This document shows, in pieces, positions 25,401-39,437 of a stretch of 64,000 nt of DNA (its first letter is position 1; the number at the start of each line of letters is the position of its first letter). A program made the position numbers and the translations under genes. The stretch is from Microthyrium microscopicum. Taxonomy: Eukaryota. Below the pieces are notes generated by a model. That model saw only the letters and a list, made by a program, of their open reading frames with translations, had not been told where the DNA came from and did not search any database. Where the stretch lies: NCBI GenBank assembly GCA_010405405.1, contig MU004233.1:2210539-2274538 (forward strand). The letters run 5' to 3'.

Positions 25401-28400
25401 ATAGATATTAGAAGTAGAGCGATAGGAATTATTTATCCTAACTTTATTAAATAATATAGGATCCTTACTATTAATCTCTCCGCCTTTTAAATTATGTAAT
25501 TAGCTAATGATAAAGCTATTACAAAGGTTAATAAAGCTACTATAGTTAATATCTATTTAGGAGGGCATATTAAATAAATCTACTACTTCGTTATAAACAT
25601 AGCTAGTTATGATATTATTTTTAGTAACTTATAGATTAACCTCTATAAGGTTACTCTTAAAGAGGGAAAGAAGTAAATCCTCTTTAATTTAGACTACTGC
25701 TTAGTATATTACTTGCTAGCTAGTTACCTAATCTTTATAGATTATAAAGGCCGTTTAGTTAACTTAACTAATCCTTACTTTAAGAACGTTACTATAGTTA
25801 GCGCTATTACCTTTATTAAACTATTAGAACGAGGCTAGTAATTTAACGAAATCTAGCCTAACGATTTTAAAGATAGAAAAGATAAGAAACTTCTAAATCT
25901 AGATTCTATACTAAAAGAAGATATTACTATTAACTTAGGCAAAATCTTACCTAAGGACTTTAAAAAGTAGCAAGAGAAATATAATAAACCTCCCTTCTTA
26001 TAAGAAGAGATTCTTAAACGCCTACTAAAGGAATATTACTATTATATAGATATCTTTAACTTAAAATTAGGTAATAAACTTATACTATATCGTAGTAAAT
26101 AGGATTACTCTATTAATATTATTTTAGACGCTATAATCCTTAAACGTTGCTATAATAGCTTAGGTTACTAGGAATCTCTTATTATTAAATAATACGTTAA
26201 TTAGATACTTAGTTAAGATTAAGTTTAGGCTAGTAAGTTATATTACGCTATACTAATACTATATATATATAAACTAGAAGGAGGAATTTAAGTTTATATT
26301 AATTATTATAGACTTAATAAGATTATATAAAAGAATTATAACATTCTTTTATAGTTACTAGAAACTTTAACCTATATCTATTACGTAAAATACTTCTTTA
26401 AATTTAACGTTATTACTACCTTTATATATATTTATATTAAACCTAGTAATAAATATAAAACTACATTCCTAACTTATTATAAGTTATATAAATTTAAAGT
26501 TATACCTTTTAGCCTTATTAGAGCCCTAAGGACCTTCTAGGCTTATCTTAACTATATCCTAATTAATTACCTTAATAACTTTGTTATAGGCTATATAGAT
26601 AATCTATTAGTCTTTAATAATATTAAAGCTAGCTATACTACTTATACTTACTTAGTTTTAGAAGTAATAGGTAAAGTAGGATTATACTTAGATATCTAAA
26701 AGTATAAATTTAATACTTAATAAGTTAAATACTTTAGCTTAATTATTATTACTAAAGGCATTAAGATAGACTTAGAGAAAGTTTAAAGCGTAGTTAACTA
26801 ATAACGTTCCTTTTTAGTAAAAGACGTTTAAGCTTTCCTTAGCTTTACTAACTTTTATTACTAGTTTATTCTTAAATATTTAAAGATTATAGTATTACTA
26901 ATAGTACTTATAAAGAAGGACGCTATAGTAATCTTTCTTTAAAACCTTAATAGGCTAGAGGAATATACGTTTAAGAAGCTAAAGTAAGACTTTACATTTA
27001 CTAAGATATTATATTACTTTAACTATATAAAAGAAATATAGCTAAAGATAGACGCCTTAGATTAAGTTTATATTATAGTCTTCTCTTAAAAAGGTAATAA
27101 TAAGAAGCTTTATCTAGTTATATACCTCTTAAAGAAGATAACCCTAGTAGAATGTAATTATAATATTTATAATAAAGAGCTTCTAGCTATTATCCGCATA
27201 TTTAAAGAGTAGGAATTAGAGCTATTTAGCTCTATTAACCCTATTTAAGTATTCTTTAATTACTATAACTTTTAGACGTTTATAATAATAAAACGTCTCT
27301 CTTAACGATAAGCTAGATAGGCTAAGTTCCTCTCTTAGTTTTACTTTAAGATAAAGTATTATCTAGGTATAGCTAATAGAAAGGTAGATACCCTTACTTA
27401 TTAGTTATAAAATATTTTATAAAGTAATAATAACCCTTACGTCTCTTAATAGGTTTAACCTTTACTATTCCTATACTAATTTAATATAAGGCACGTAGTA
27501 AAGCTAGCTATATTACTTATTAAACTTACTTACCTCTTAATACTATACTTAGCTACTATTGTTTAGGATAAGTTAGATATTTCTAATCCTATAGGTAAGC
27601 TACTTAATTCTATAGGAGAGTCTCTTAGTAATAATAAAACGTCTAAAAGTAAGCTACTTAATCCTTTAGAAGATAACTTATTCCTAGATTTTAATAGCGA
27701 CTAGTTTCTATAAAACATTATAAACGTAGTAAAGTATAATAAAATAATAATTACTATTTACTACGCTAAAACTAATTATTAGCTCTTCTTACTCTTTAGT
27801 ACTCTAAAATAAGAATAGATTAAGCTTAGAGATTACGTAGTAATTATTAACAAAATAATCTTTTACTATAACTAAATCTTTATTCCTTAAGAGAAGCTTT
27901 AGCGTCACGCTATATAGAGCACGTATAGCTATAAAGCTATAGGCTATAGCAGAGTAGTAACAACTTATTACTACCTATAGGAAGATTACTAGTAGCCTAA
28001 GATATTATAGGATATTAAAAGCTTTATTAAAGGCTATAAATACGTATTTGCTAAACCTATTTACTAAAAGAAGTAAGGCTTCCTACGTTAATTCTCTCTC
28101 TTTAAGCGCACATAGTCTAATATTTCTATTAACTTCGCCATTTTACTACCTTACTATTTATACTAAGGTGTAATCTATTAGTACGTTATAGTAGTTATTA
28201 ACTAATATATATAAACCTAACGTTTTATCTTGCTGCTAAACCTATCTATAGACTTAATAGTACTAGCCTTTATTAATTATATATAGAAACTTATTAGCTA
28301 GCTATTAATAATTCTTTTAGATTATAGTAGCTAATTTACCTTTATATTCTAGAAGCGCTTATATAAATACGTAGGTATAATACTCTATCTTAGTATAGTA

Positions 28401-29531
28401 TTTTACCCTAAGACTAATAGTATAATAGAAATCTTAGTTACTATACTTAAGTAATTTCTATATACGTTTATTAACTAGGATTAAGATAACTAGGTAGCCC
28501 TTTTGCTCTTTACTAAATTTATAGTTAATTTTGCTATAAATACTATTATAGGAATTATATCCTTTAAAGCTTAAAACGAATTTAACCCTTAATTAGGTCT
28601 TAAGTCCTTATATTACCTCCTAAAACCTATAAACACCTCTGTAGCTACTAATAAGGAAGCTATTAATATAGATATAATATAGAAGGGTTGTACTAAGATA
28701 TATAATTATTTAATAGAGTAATTAATCTAGGCATAAGCTTAATAGGTAGAATACGCTAATCATTATTACTATATAGCTCTAGACCTAGTACTAGGTAACT
28801 AGGTTTACTTAGATATATAGAACTACTCTACTTTACGTCCTTTAAAGACTCTAGACAATAAGAATATAGGCCTTTTTTATATAATTAAAAAGATTAATAT
28901 TATTATCTATAAACTTAATCTCTCCTCTTCTATAAAGATATATAATATCTTCTACGCCTAGGTCCTCTACTATATTATAGACGATGCTAAGTTACTTAAG
29001 TACACTAATCTACTACTAGTAGTTATTAGAGAAACTATAAATAATAATAAATAGTCTATTAATGCTATTATTAATAGCCGCTTTACTAGTTAATATAAGA
29101 AGCTACAATACGAGATTAAGTATACTAATTATAATAAAGCTAAATAGCATAATTAGATAGCCGCTAAGAATACGCTAGAGCTTATTACTAAGTTTTATGC
29201 TTAGCACTTTAGTAAGCTAGGCCTATACCTTACTTGGATACTACCAATATTAGAGCCTACTAGCAATAGTATTAATTATAACTCTAATAGCGTTCCCGCT
29301 AATTAGAAGGAGTAAATAATTATACTACTAAAAACTCCCCTATATTAATAAGATTACTAACTACTAGACTACTAGGACTTAAGAACTAGAGTATTCTAAA
29401 GACATCTTAGAGTTTATTAATACTTCTTAATAGTTACCTTAGTAGGCTAGAGGTTAAGATACTTTAAACAACTAGTAAGGTTAGTATTATACTATAGAAG
29501 GATTAAAAATATTATTTATTACTAAAAATTT

Positions 29532-29596
29532 ATTAGACTAGATTAGACTAAACTAGACTAGACTAGACTAGACTAAATTAAAATAGAATAGATTAG
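29532..29596 (+). repeat. (GACTA)n pentanucleotide microsatellite in the 3' region of the inner Gypsy
   Basis: tagactagattagactaaactagactagactagactagacta... Confidence 0.75.
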
Positions 29597-29654
29597 GAAA
29601 GTAGATATAATTAGTAGTCTATAGCCTAGAGAGCTATACTAAAGGGGAGGGTTA

Positions 29655-29881
29655 TATAATAATTTCTCTTTATAAGCTTTATAGCAGTATTGTAAGAGAG
29701 ATCTTATTATAAGATTACGCGCTAGACCTAAGGGGGTTAGCGCGCCTAAGGATCTACTAAGCGGACTTACTTCCCTCGCAGATCTATAGCTCTTTTAGAT
29801 CTTCTTCTTTCTCTCTCCCGTTCGTAGATTTTAGAATATAATCTAATTATTTGCTCGCTCTAAGTTCCGCAGCTCGTCATA
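29655..29881 (+). repeat. 3' LTR of inner Gypsy
   Basis: Follows the PPT; ends gctcgtcata (ancestral ...caca) before TSD cttat. Confidence 0.92.
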
Positions 29882-32800
29882 CTTATAAGAAACTTAATAA
29901 TAAAGTTCTTTTTTAAAATTATATTACTATTAATAAAGTTTAAAGCTATAGTTTATTTTAATAAGGTATTATAATAGACTTACTTAGTAGTTCTAACCTT
30001 TTTTAAATAATCTTTAGTAATTATATAGATAAGAAATATAATACTAGTTAATTTAGTCTATTTATTTTCTTTTACTTAGCCTATTTTAAAGTCTTTAGGA
30101 TCTCTTCTATAAATAAAAAAGAAGGAAAATATTCTTAATATAGTATAAGCTTATACTTTAGTAGTATAAATTACCTAATTTAAGTATAAATTCTAGCTAA
30201 TTATAAGTTTTCTTTTTAGAAACTTAGTTAGAAATATACTTAGTAAGCTATTAAATTTCTTAACTTTTTTATTAGACTAAGGATTATATAAAGCTATTAA
30301 GTAATACTTAGTCTTTATTTATTATAATAAGAATAGAATTACGTCTAAAATAAACTAAGGTCTATTATTTAAGGTTAATAATTAAAAAAGACTATATTTT
30401 AAGATAATTTTCTTATAAATAAATTTTATAATTATAAAAGTAGTAGCGTTTAGTACTACTTTTATAATAAACTATTTTATAGTATAGTTAATTATATAAA
30501 TAATATACTAGTTTCTAAAGAGACTTTATAAAAGTTTATTAATTAGGTTAATTCTTTAAGCCTTAAATAGCTATAGATTTTATACTTAATAATAGAATTT
30601 ATATTTAGGTTTACTTTAATTTATTTATTAAACTTAATATATAGAATAGAACTTAGTAAATTCTTAGAAGTTATCTTTTATTCTTAGCTACTAATCTTTT
30701 AGTTTAAGAATATTAGTAAAGCTTATATATAATAAGTATCTATACTAATTATATACTTTTTTAATAAAGTCTTAATAGTAAAGAAAGTAAATATAAAGTA
30801 AACTAGTAAGTATCTTAGCTTTAGTAAAATCTTTTTCTAAAAATAAATACTTATATTTTCTTCTAATATTACTATTAAGATTAATTTAAAAATAATTAAG
30901 AACGCTTTTTTAAAGTCTTTTCTATATACTAATAAAGATAGTATAATCTTTCTTTTTTAATACTTCTTATAAGCTTTATATATAAAAAGCTTCTTATTCT
31001 TTTTACTTTTATAAAGGTTTTAATAAGATAACTTATATCTTAGAAGATAAATTATTATTATTATTTTTAAGCTTTATTTTTTAAATAGTATTAATTTATT
31101 CTTCTTAGAAGTTTAGGTAATAATTAAGAGTATTAAGAATTACTATTTAGGAATTCTTATAATATATAAAGATAAGATTAAATTCTTAGAATTTTTTAAT
31201 TTATTAAATAATACGTTAAGTATTATTCTTAATTATATTTATATATTATAAGCTATTATAATTTATAATTACTTTAATAGTCTTCCTTAGAAAGTAGTAT
31301 TAGTATCTTTTAATTATATTCTTAACTATAAGAAGCTCTTTCTTATATATTAGATAATTAAGTTTAGTTTTACTTAGCTTATAGCTATTAAAGATAACTA
31401 AGTACTATTTACTCTAGTTATTTTCTTATACTAGCTTATAACTAATTATATAATTTAAAGTATTTATTTAGAGCTTTATAGGCTTTTATAAATTATATAT
31501 TACTAAGATAGGTAATAAAGTTAATAAAGTCTTAATTCTATTAAAAGCTATAGTATATTAATAAGTCTAAGTAATAAAGTAGTACTTTTTTTTTCTAATA
31601 TCTAGATTAGCCTTTTTTAAAAGATTAAAGATAAAAGTAGTAATTTTAGTAAAGTTCTTAATATATTATTAGTAGTATAAAGTAAGACTAAGGAATTAAT
31701 ATATTTTATATATATTCTTAGGTATAGGCTAAGACTTAATTAAGGTAGTCTTTTTATATAAAGATTAAATTTATTAATTTTCTACTTTATAGCTATAAAA
31801 TTTAATCTTCTTAACTTTAAAGATATATTTATTAAGATAAGTATAGAGCTTATTATCTTAAAGAATCTTTAGAATTTAGGTAATATATTTATAATATTCC
31901 TTTATAGTATCTAAGTAAATAATAATATTATTTAAGTAAATAACTATATAAGTTAATAAAAAGGGCTAGAAAAAAGTATTTATTATATATTAAAAAAATA
32001 ATAGTATATTTATTAATTTAAAAGATATAATAAATAACTTATACTTTTTAAATCTAGTATTAAAGGCTATTTTCTTAATATCTTTTTCTACTATATAGAC
32101 TTACTAATAGCTTAATAAGAAGTTAAGCTTAGAGAAGAATCTTACTTTACTAATAGTATTAAGATACTTATTAATTTATAATAAGGAATAAGTATTCTTA
32201 TATATAACTATATTAAGTAGATAGTAGTTAATATATATTCTCTATTTTCTTCTTAGTTTTAGTATAAATAGAATAGAGAAACCTTAAGGACTTTCTAAGA
32301 CTCTAATAAGTCTTTTAGTAAATAGTTCTTAAATTTACTTTTTCTACTTTTCTAATTATAGGCTAGATATTTAATAATAAGCTTAGTTATAAAAAGAAGC
32401 GTTTCTTATAGAGATTTTATAATTAAACTTAAAGTATAGTAAAAGTTTAAGAAGAGTATAATAAAAGAACTTATAATAATTATTTAAAAGTTTCTATATA
32501 CTTTTATCTTTTAGAATAAGTTTATTAATATTAAGGTTATTAGTTATTAAGAGAATATTAGACTATTCTTATATTTTTTAAATTAGCTAAAGAATACTTT
32601 TAATTTTATTTTCTACTTTTTTTACTTTATTTTAAAGTACTTAAAAGATTATATAGAGAAAGCTAGCTATAAACTACTTTATTTATTTTAGGTAGCTTTT
32701 CTTATTCTAAAGAAGCTTTACTTAGTATTTTATAATAAGTTTATAAGTATATAGGCTTCCTAAGCATTATTCTATAAGCTTAATTTACCTTATTATCTAA

Positions 32801-35607
32801 TTAATCTATAGATTATATAATTAGAACTATAAAAGTCTAAAAATAACGTTAAGATTAAAAATATCTAGGATATAAGCCTTAAAGTAGCTATAAAAGATCT
32901 TAATATAATAAGATAAATAAATCTTAAAGAAAGTTATAATTATATAGCTATTTATAAGAGTAACTTCTTTCTTTAGGATAAGTATTATAGAAGCTTTAAG
33001 TTTCTTAATAATCTTTTAATTAATATAAATAAAGTTAGCTCTTAAGTCTAGGAAAGCTATAATCTTAATAGAATAATTTTTATAATATAAGTAAATAAGT
33101 AAATATAAGAGAATATTATTATATCTACTTATATAGTTAAAGAAAGCTTATTAGTTATTATATAAATAAATAGAATATTCTAGTTCTAAGCTAAAAGATT
33201 CTTATTTATTTCTTAGTAATAGTAGTTTTTTAAACTCTATTATTACTAGTTAAGCTTTTTATAATCTATAATATAATAGCTAAGTTTACTATAATTTTAG
33301 TACTTAAGTTTAGAATTATTTATAGAAGCTTTTTTACCTTTAGAGTTTTTTTTATAAGAGAGTTATAACTTCTTATTAAAGTTAAATTTCTTAAAGTATT
33401 AAATATTATATTATTTTTTAAGATAGTAATTATAACTATTTATAATATTAAGCTACCTTAAAATTTTATTATTTAACTTAAGCTTATTATTAATATAGCT
33501 TTTATTATTAACTTCTTTAAGATATTTCTTAGAACTAGTATTTAGGGTAAGCTCTTTATTTTTCTTAAAACTAAAAAAGATCTTATTAAGTTATCTTAGC
33601 TTATAAACGCTATAAGTATTATATATATTTTTATAAAAGTCTATATTATATTTAATAATCTTTTATTTAAAGGCTAAAATATTAATTATAAGGTTAAGAA
33701 TAGTACTATACTTATGCTTAGCTTTAAAAATAATCTATTCTTTAAGGCTTCTTTAAATTTAGATATCTATTTTATAATTAATAAATATAGAATTTATTTA
33801 AGTCTATAGAATATAAAGATAATAGATAAATTCTTTAGTAAATAAAATTTATAATATATAATCTTACTAAATACTAACCTTAAATATATCTTTTTTAATA
33901 CTAAATATAAATTAAAAGTAAATAAAGAAGTAAGATAAACTTTTAAGTATCTTAAACTCCTTTATAGCCTATTATTAAGCTAAGTTAGCTTATAAAAGAT
34001 ATTATTTAATAAGAAGATATTCTTTAACCTTAGTAATTTTTTACTACTTAGATAGAGTAGAATCTAATAAAAGAATATTCTTATTAGTTTTAAAGGTATA
34101 AAGAAAGCTCTTAGCCTAAGTATTATACTTACTTAGTTTCTTAAAAAATAAACTATTAGAAAGTATTTTAAACTTAGTTAAATATTATCTTTATTTCTAA
34201 GAAACGTCCTTTATTATCTTAATAAGTTTTTAGAGACTAAAAGTTTAAAAAAGTAATTTAATAGTCTTATCTAACTCCTTACTTAGCTTTCTTATAAAGT
34301 TTAAGTAAGTAATACCTATTTATAAAGTTTTATAGGTTAATACTTAAGTCTAAGTATAAGCCTTAATTTTATTTACTTAGTAATCTTAAGTATATAAAGT
34401 AAACTTACTTATATTAAGATAAGAAGTTAATTTAGTAATATAATTTATTATTTCTTATTATTAAATATATTAGACGTTCTTTATAGGTTTAGGGCTATAA
34501 TCCTATTTAATTTACTTATTAGTAGTAAAGTAAAATAGCGCTCCTTAAGAAAAAGTAAGCTTATTTATAAACTACTAATTTTTATTATTATTATATTAGA
34601 AAGTTTAGTTATAAGCTTAGAGAATATAGTTAAGTTTTTTAAGAGTATAGTTCTAAGCTTAAAAAAAAGTTTATAGTTTAGTAGAAGAATAGTTAATAGT
34701 TTAAAAATTAACTTATTATATACTAATAAGATAGTTTAAGGCTTAGAGCCCTAATTACTAAATATTAGTAACTTAAGTTATAAGGTTAAGACTAAAATTT
34801 AGTATACTAAGAAAGTTATTTAGTAATATAAAAGTAAGTTACTTATTCTAAATACTTAGATTAGTAATCTAGGCTTAGTATTATACTTATTAAATATCTT
34901 ATCTTATAGCTTAAGCTATAATATTATTATACTAATTATTTATTTTAATAAAGAAAAGTAATAGTTTTAATAAAAAGTATAATCTTAATAAAATAAAAAA
35001 AAAGTCTTAAAGTCTAAAAGTTTTTATATTAAAGTTAGTTAGATAGAATTTAGAGTTAGAAAATTATTCTAAGGTAAATTTTTATATTTCCTTAGTATAG
35101 ATAAGATTTTAATCTAATTTCTTAAGATAACTTAAGATTAAGAATCTATATTATTACTTATTAGCTTTAATCTATATAGTAAAGTTCTTATAATATTATT
35201 TTAAGGAATTTTCTAAGAAAAAGTTCTTATATTTTGTCTAATAGTTATATAATTAATATAGTAAAGGTTAGTAAGAATAAAGAGAGTATTATTATAAGAG
35301 AGATAATTTTTATAATATATTTAATAATCTTTAAAGTAGTAGTTTAAATTAAAGATAATTTAAGATATTTTTAGGATATATTATAGTAAGAAATATTATT
35401 ATATATAAATCTTAAGAATTATTTCTTAATATATAGTTATTAAGTATTAGGCTATAATAAGGTTAGCTAATTAGAGAATAATATTCTTAGAGTATATTTT
35501 ACTAGATATTAATCTTAAGTAATTATTAATAATAAGATAAATTTAGGAATTTCTATAAAAGGTTTATTATTTAGAAGTCCTAATTAAATTAAATTATTAC
35601 TACTAGA

Positions 35608-35759
35608 TATTATAAGAATATAAGAAATAAAACGTAGTTAATTACTATAGGAGTCTAAGGACCTAATATAGTTTTTAGGATACGCTAATTAGGGGATTAT
35701 GTTATCTCTAATTAGGTCCTACGATTATCTAATCCCTTGGCATATTCTTCATCACAACA
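35608..35759 (-). repeat. LTR of outer Gypsy (5' LTR in element orientation)
   Basis: Ends catcacaaca followed by TSD cacat. Confidence 0.92.
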
Positions 35760-35764
35760 CACAT

Positions 35765-38432
35765 CAGCCTCACATCGTCAATGGCAAGATCTTTACCATC
35801 TAGTCGAACAGCCAATACGTTTCCGAGTTCAAGATTCCAGTCCAGTGGGGCCCATCCCCAATCTGCCTTCTCTGGGTCAGTCTCTACCATGAGAAAGGTA
35901 GCATCTTGATTACTGTCGGCAGTCATGTTATCATCCCATCCCGCTGGGTGAATCCATTGCTCAATGTCTGTGTATTTCCACAGTATAAGAGGCAATCCAA
36001 GGAGCCGTGAAATCGGAGAGACCGATCCCTTTCTGTATGTAAGTCGTGTAGGATGGGCCCTGGGTACATCAACCAAGACGTACGCCTCCGAGCCGTGCAG
36101 TTTTGTTTCACCGTAGCAGCATATCTTTACTCCGCGAATGCCTGCAGATGGGCGACTGATAAGCTGGCTGTCGCTCTCTTTTAAGTTATCTGACAATCTG
36201 TAGCTGATCATCCAGTCGAGTATGTGCCGAAAGTCGCCTAAAGTGATATCCTCATAAGACTCATTTGACTGCTCTCTCACTGCGACAACTGGACCGCACC
36301 ATCGGTGGGGAATTGTGCCGGACGTACCCACAGCTTTCAAAAGGCTCTTGTTGAGGGCGGAGCCGTCGTCCAAGAAACAATTCCGAAACATCAAGGAAAC
36401 TGCGTAGCCTTTCTTGCGCGGCGCAAAATACACAAATCCGCAGCCCAAGTTTCGATCACGTATGGGGTTGCTTTCAATTCTCTTAGTTCCCACGAATGGT
36501 TCGTCTGCGCCGAGATAAGGATGGGGACTTATGTTCTCGTATGATGCAGCAGTTCCATATTCACGTCTAAGCTCGCAGGGTATCCAGATCATTCGCGGCT
36601 TGACATTGCCAGCTGGGAAAAGTATAGCGCGTTTGTGGCTTGGAGAGGGCCGAGTAGTCTGGGTAGAGAAGTCCTTGCAAAGTAGCCTGTGACTGGGCCA
36701 GTCTGTCTTTTGACACTCGGGTGAACAGTAATAACAGCTACGGCACTGCTTGCATTGTTTGGTAGGTCTTTTATTGCACATTATGAGGCGTCGTATGGCT
36801 CGAAGTCTGAACGTGGATCATCTGTTGGTTGTGAGGCTAGAGTAACTCCTTCTCTTTTCTCATGTTAGTTTTGGTTCAAAGACCTACAGGAATCTCAGGA
36901 CATAACAAGAGGTTAAACTCACAGGATAAGTCGTTCTTCTCTCCGTGCTATCTCGGTATTCCTAGCAAGTATGGTCTTTTCTTGTCTTTCTAACGAATCT
37001 TGTAGGGCTAGGCTGGATAGATCCGATACAAGAGAAGATTGAGGCACAGCTTCCACGAAAAGTTTATTGCGAGCTTGAATAGGGGTATCGAGGTAAGTAT
37101 TGATTCTGGAAAGAAGCCTTTTCTCGAGCTTCGCCAACGCAGCTCTGGTTCTTAACGACCCGGAACTTGGAACTCCCCAGGCTGGATAGCAAATGCTATG
37201 GCTTCCTCGAGTTGTTATGGGCTGAGGTAAAGATTGTAGAAAGCCATTGCATAGCAAACAAGCCTTCTTGCTGCACTCGAAGTAGGGGATAGTTGGGGTG
37301 GGCGTAGCAGGGTTCTCAAAGTGCATAACAAGCTGGGTTTCGGCATGTAGGCGATACGATTTTGCACATTTTTTTTGGAACCTCTCGCTAAATGCAGCTA
37401 GCGATCTTAGATGGGCCTCTGACGGCGAATTATAGAAAAGTTGAGCCCAAGCGTCCTGAATGTGGATCTGATATGCCGGAGAGATAGTTGTTCTTGGGCT
37501 AGAAGATACTGGAGAGATACGGATGTCTCGAAACTGACTTTGTAAACTCGCTATATGCCATAAAATTCGGCAATCGATAATAGGTCTAGCAAGAAACTTC
37601 AAAGCATACCACAGTTTCTCACCAACTTTGGCCTCAAAATTCGAGTTAAGCAGTTGTTGGACGTCTACGGATGAAACGCACTCATAAGCCTGTTGGACAA
37701 CCTTTTCCCTGAAACTAGCTGCTCCGATGTCCTTTTGGTGGAGGAGCTCAATGAAATTTAGCCAAGTCGTGAATGCCTGCTGACTCCCGGACCAGCGCTT
37801 CGTGCTCCACTTCTGACGGTTCAAGACAGATTTAAGGAGGTTACGGAGGGTTTCAACCCAATTGTCGACTCTTCGACCGGTGTACGCTATCGCCATACAT
37901 TCGAAATCGGGCGATGAGTCTAGAAAAGCTCCTCATCAGGCTAGTTCATTTGAGGAAATCAGTCGATAAGTCTTACGTTTGTGAACTTCGTTTGACAAAT
38001 ATTCCTTCAGCTTTTTGCAATACTCTATCTCGATTCCCTGGAACTGATACAGGCAGTGACCAGAACCGCGGTTTGTGGTTATACCAAAGCAGTCATTTCT
38101 CGCAACGTATACGTGGGCAAAATCTTCCCGTTCACACAACGCTGTCGCGGTGACACCCTCCCAGCCTTTGGTGATAGCAACTGAGCAATGCAATCGAGGA
38201 ATTTTGAACGGATTGATTCTCTGGATCCTTGTAGAATAACTGCTCTCTCCGTGTACGCGTCAAGTTCGCCGCACTGAAGCCCTTCGCCTTCCTCAGTAGT
38301 GTCAGGCTGCTGCAGTTCACTATGACTTCGCGTTTTGGTCAAATACGAAAGAATGTGTGCTGCCCAGACGACCCTAGCAACGCGGCTTTTGCTTCCTTCA
38401 TCACCCTCTTGCAGGAACTTTGATGTCGGCAT
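35765..38432 (-). pseudogene. OTT_1508-like nucleic-acid deaminase fused to a MYND zinc finger and C-terminal domain; frameshifted and TE-truncated
   Basis: FLDCIAQLLSP/KGWEGVTATAL...VARND N-terminus; LHAETQL...CSKKACLLC...RGSH..YPAW deaminase motifs; CNKR..CKQCRSCYYCSPECQKTDWPSHRLLC MYND finger. Putative introns ~37977-37929 and ~36922-36856; apparent frameshifts near 38170 and 36785. Confidence 0.75.
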
Positions 38433-38815
38433 TTAATGACTTGATGGGATTATCTCTTGGATTCTAGGAAGGCAGTGAAGTTTTAGCGACAATGACGTGA
38501 AAATGTATCAAGTGGAGAAGGTTATGGATTGGAGCCTTTCTAAGAATAATAAGAGGAAGAAGCTATCGGAAGAGGTGCGCTCTACAGATAACAGCAGGGC
38601 GTAAAGGTGAGTCGGCCTCGCAAGCTCGCCCAATCATCTAGGGCAGTCGCCTACCATGTATGTAGTTCACTGCCAGACAGCACGACAGGTGGCGATCAGA
38701 TTGAATTATGGACGAGCAGTCATTGGTACTCCCACGAGTGACGTGTGCGCGCTGGGGGATGTGACTTTCCATTCTTTTCACTCTGCAATATCACCAAGAT
38801 ACTTACTAGGTTAGG

Positions 38816-39437
38816 TACCGTAGCGTGGAGGGGGGAGTAAAGGACTTGATCTTCTGATGAAACTACATTACCTTTTGAACTCTTTTTAGAAGCCTATTCT
38901 TCTCTAGAATATGATGTCTTGAGTAGATCTTATGTTCTGTGAATAAAAGCACTTACGACTAAAGATGAAGAAGGTACGATAGCATGTTAGAAGGAACGAA
39001 GGCTATAAAAGGAGAGGCTTGAAAATTGCTTAGCTATATATGATCGCCCCGCAATTTCGATTTAGTAATTGTGATTATCCTAGTAAATCTCTGCCGTAAT
39101 TATGCCTCGTCTGACTAAGCTTTAGCGTATCGATCTAGCCTCTTTTGTAGTTCGAATTGTAATATTTGTAATATATAATTTTAATTCCCCAATTTCTCCC
39201 TTTATACTTATACCTCATAGTAACTACTGCCAATTTTTTTGCTTAAATATATTATCAAAAAATGGCTAAAACATAGCCAAAAAATAGTTCTATGAGAAAA
39301 TGCTTTTCTTGTTAGAAAATGATTTTTCAAAAGAGTGCGCACGATGCACCACTATAGAAAACCTACATTTTTTGCTAAAAATCTATAACTGTATAATCAC
39401 TAATCGATTTCTATTACTCCCCGTCGCGCGCTAGGTA
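38816..39437. mobile_element. Possible degenerate MITE / Tc1-mariner-like relic
   Basis: Imperfect terminal inverted repeats taccgtagcgtggaggggggagtaa / ttactccccgtcgcgcgctaggta with TA at both outer ends, around an AT-rich non-coding interior. Confidence 0.4.

Larger units (their letters stand above)
22224..29881 (+). mobile_element. Inner nested Ty3/Gypsy (probable chromovirus) LTR retrotransposon, 7658 bp, RIP-mutated
   Basis: 227-bp LTRs; TSD CTTAT at 22219-22223 and 29882-29886; PPT aaaggggaggg at 29641-29651. Plus-strand relics in Gypsy order: RT (GYIDNLLVF ~26589), RNase H (DA.D ~27051, YNIYNKELLAI ~27159), integrase (FYPKTN, from HPETDG, ~28401), chromodomain-like segment ~29040-29200. 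Confidence 0.93.
18159..35759 (-). mobile_element. Outer Ty3/Gypsy LTR retrotransposon, heavily RIP-mutated (about 9.9 kb without the nested element)
   Basis: 152-bp LTRs with TG...CA ends; 5-bp TSD CACAT at 18154-18158 and 35760-35764; purine tract agggaaga (minus strand) next to the left LTR. Minus-strand RT relics: FSKLNF (~32110-32135) and YIVIYLNNII, i.e. YLDD (~31921-31950). Confidence 0.9.

Noticed and set aside
18159..35759. AT-rich block as centromere, NUMT or contaminant
   Set aside because: LTRs, TSDs, RT/RNase H/integrase relics and TpA excess identify RIPed retroelements.
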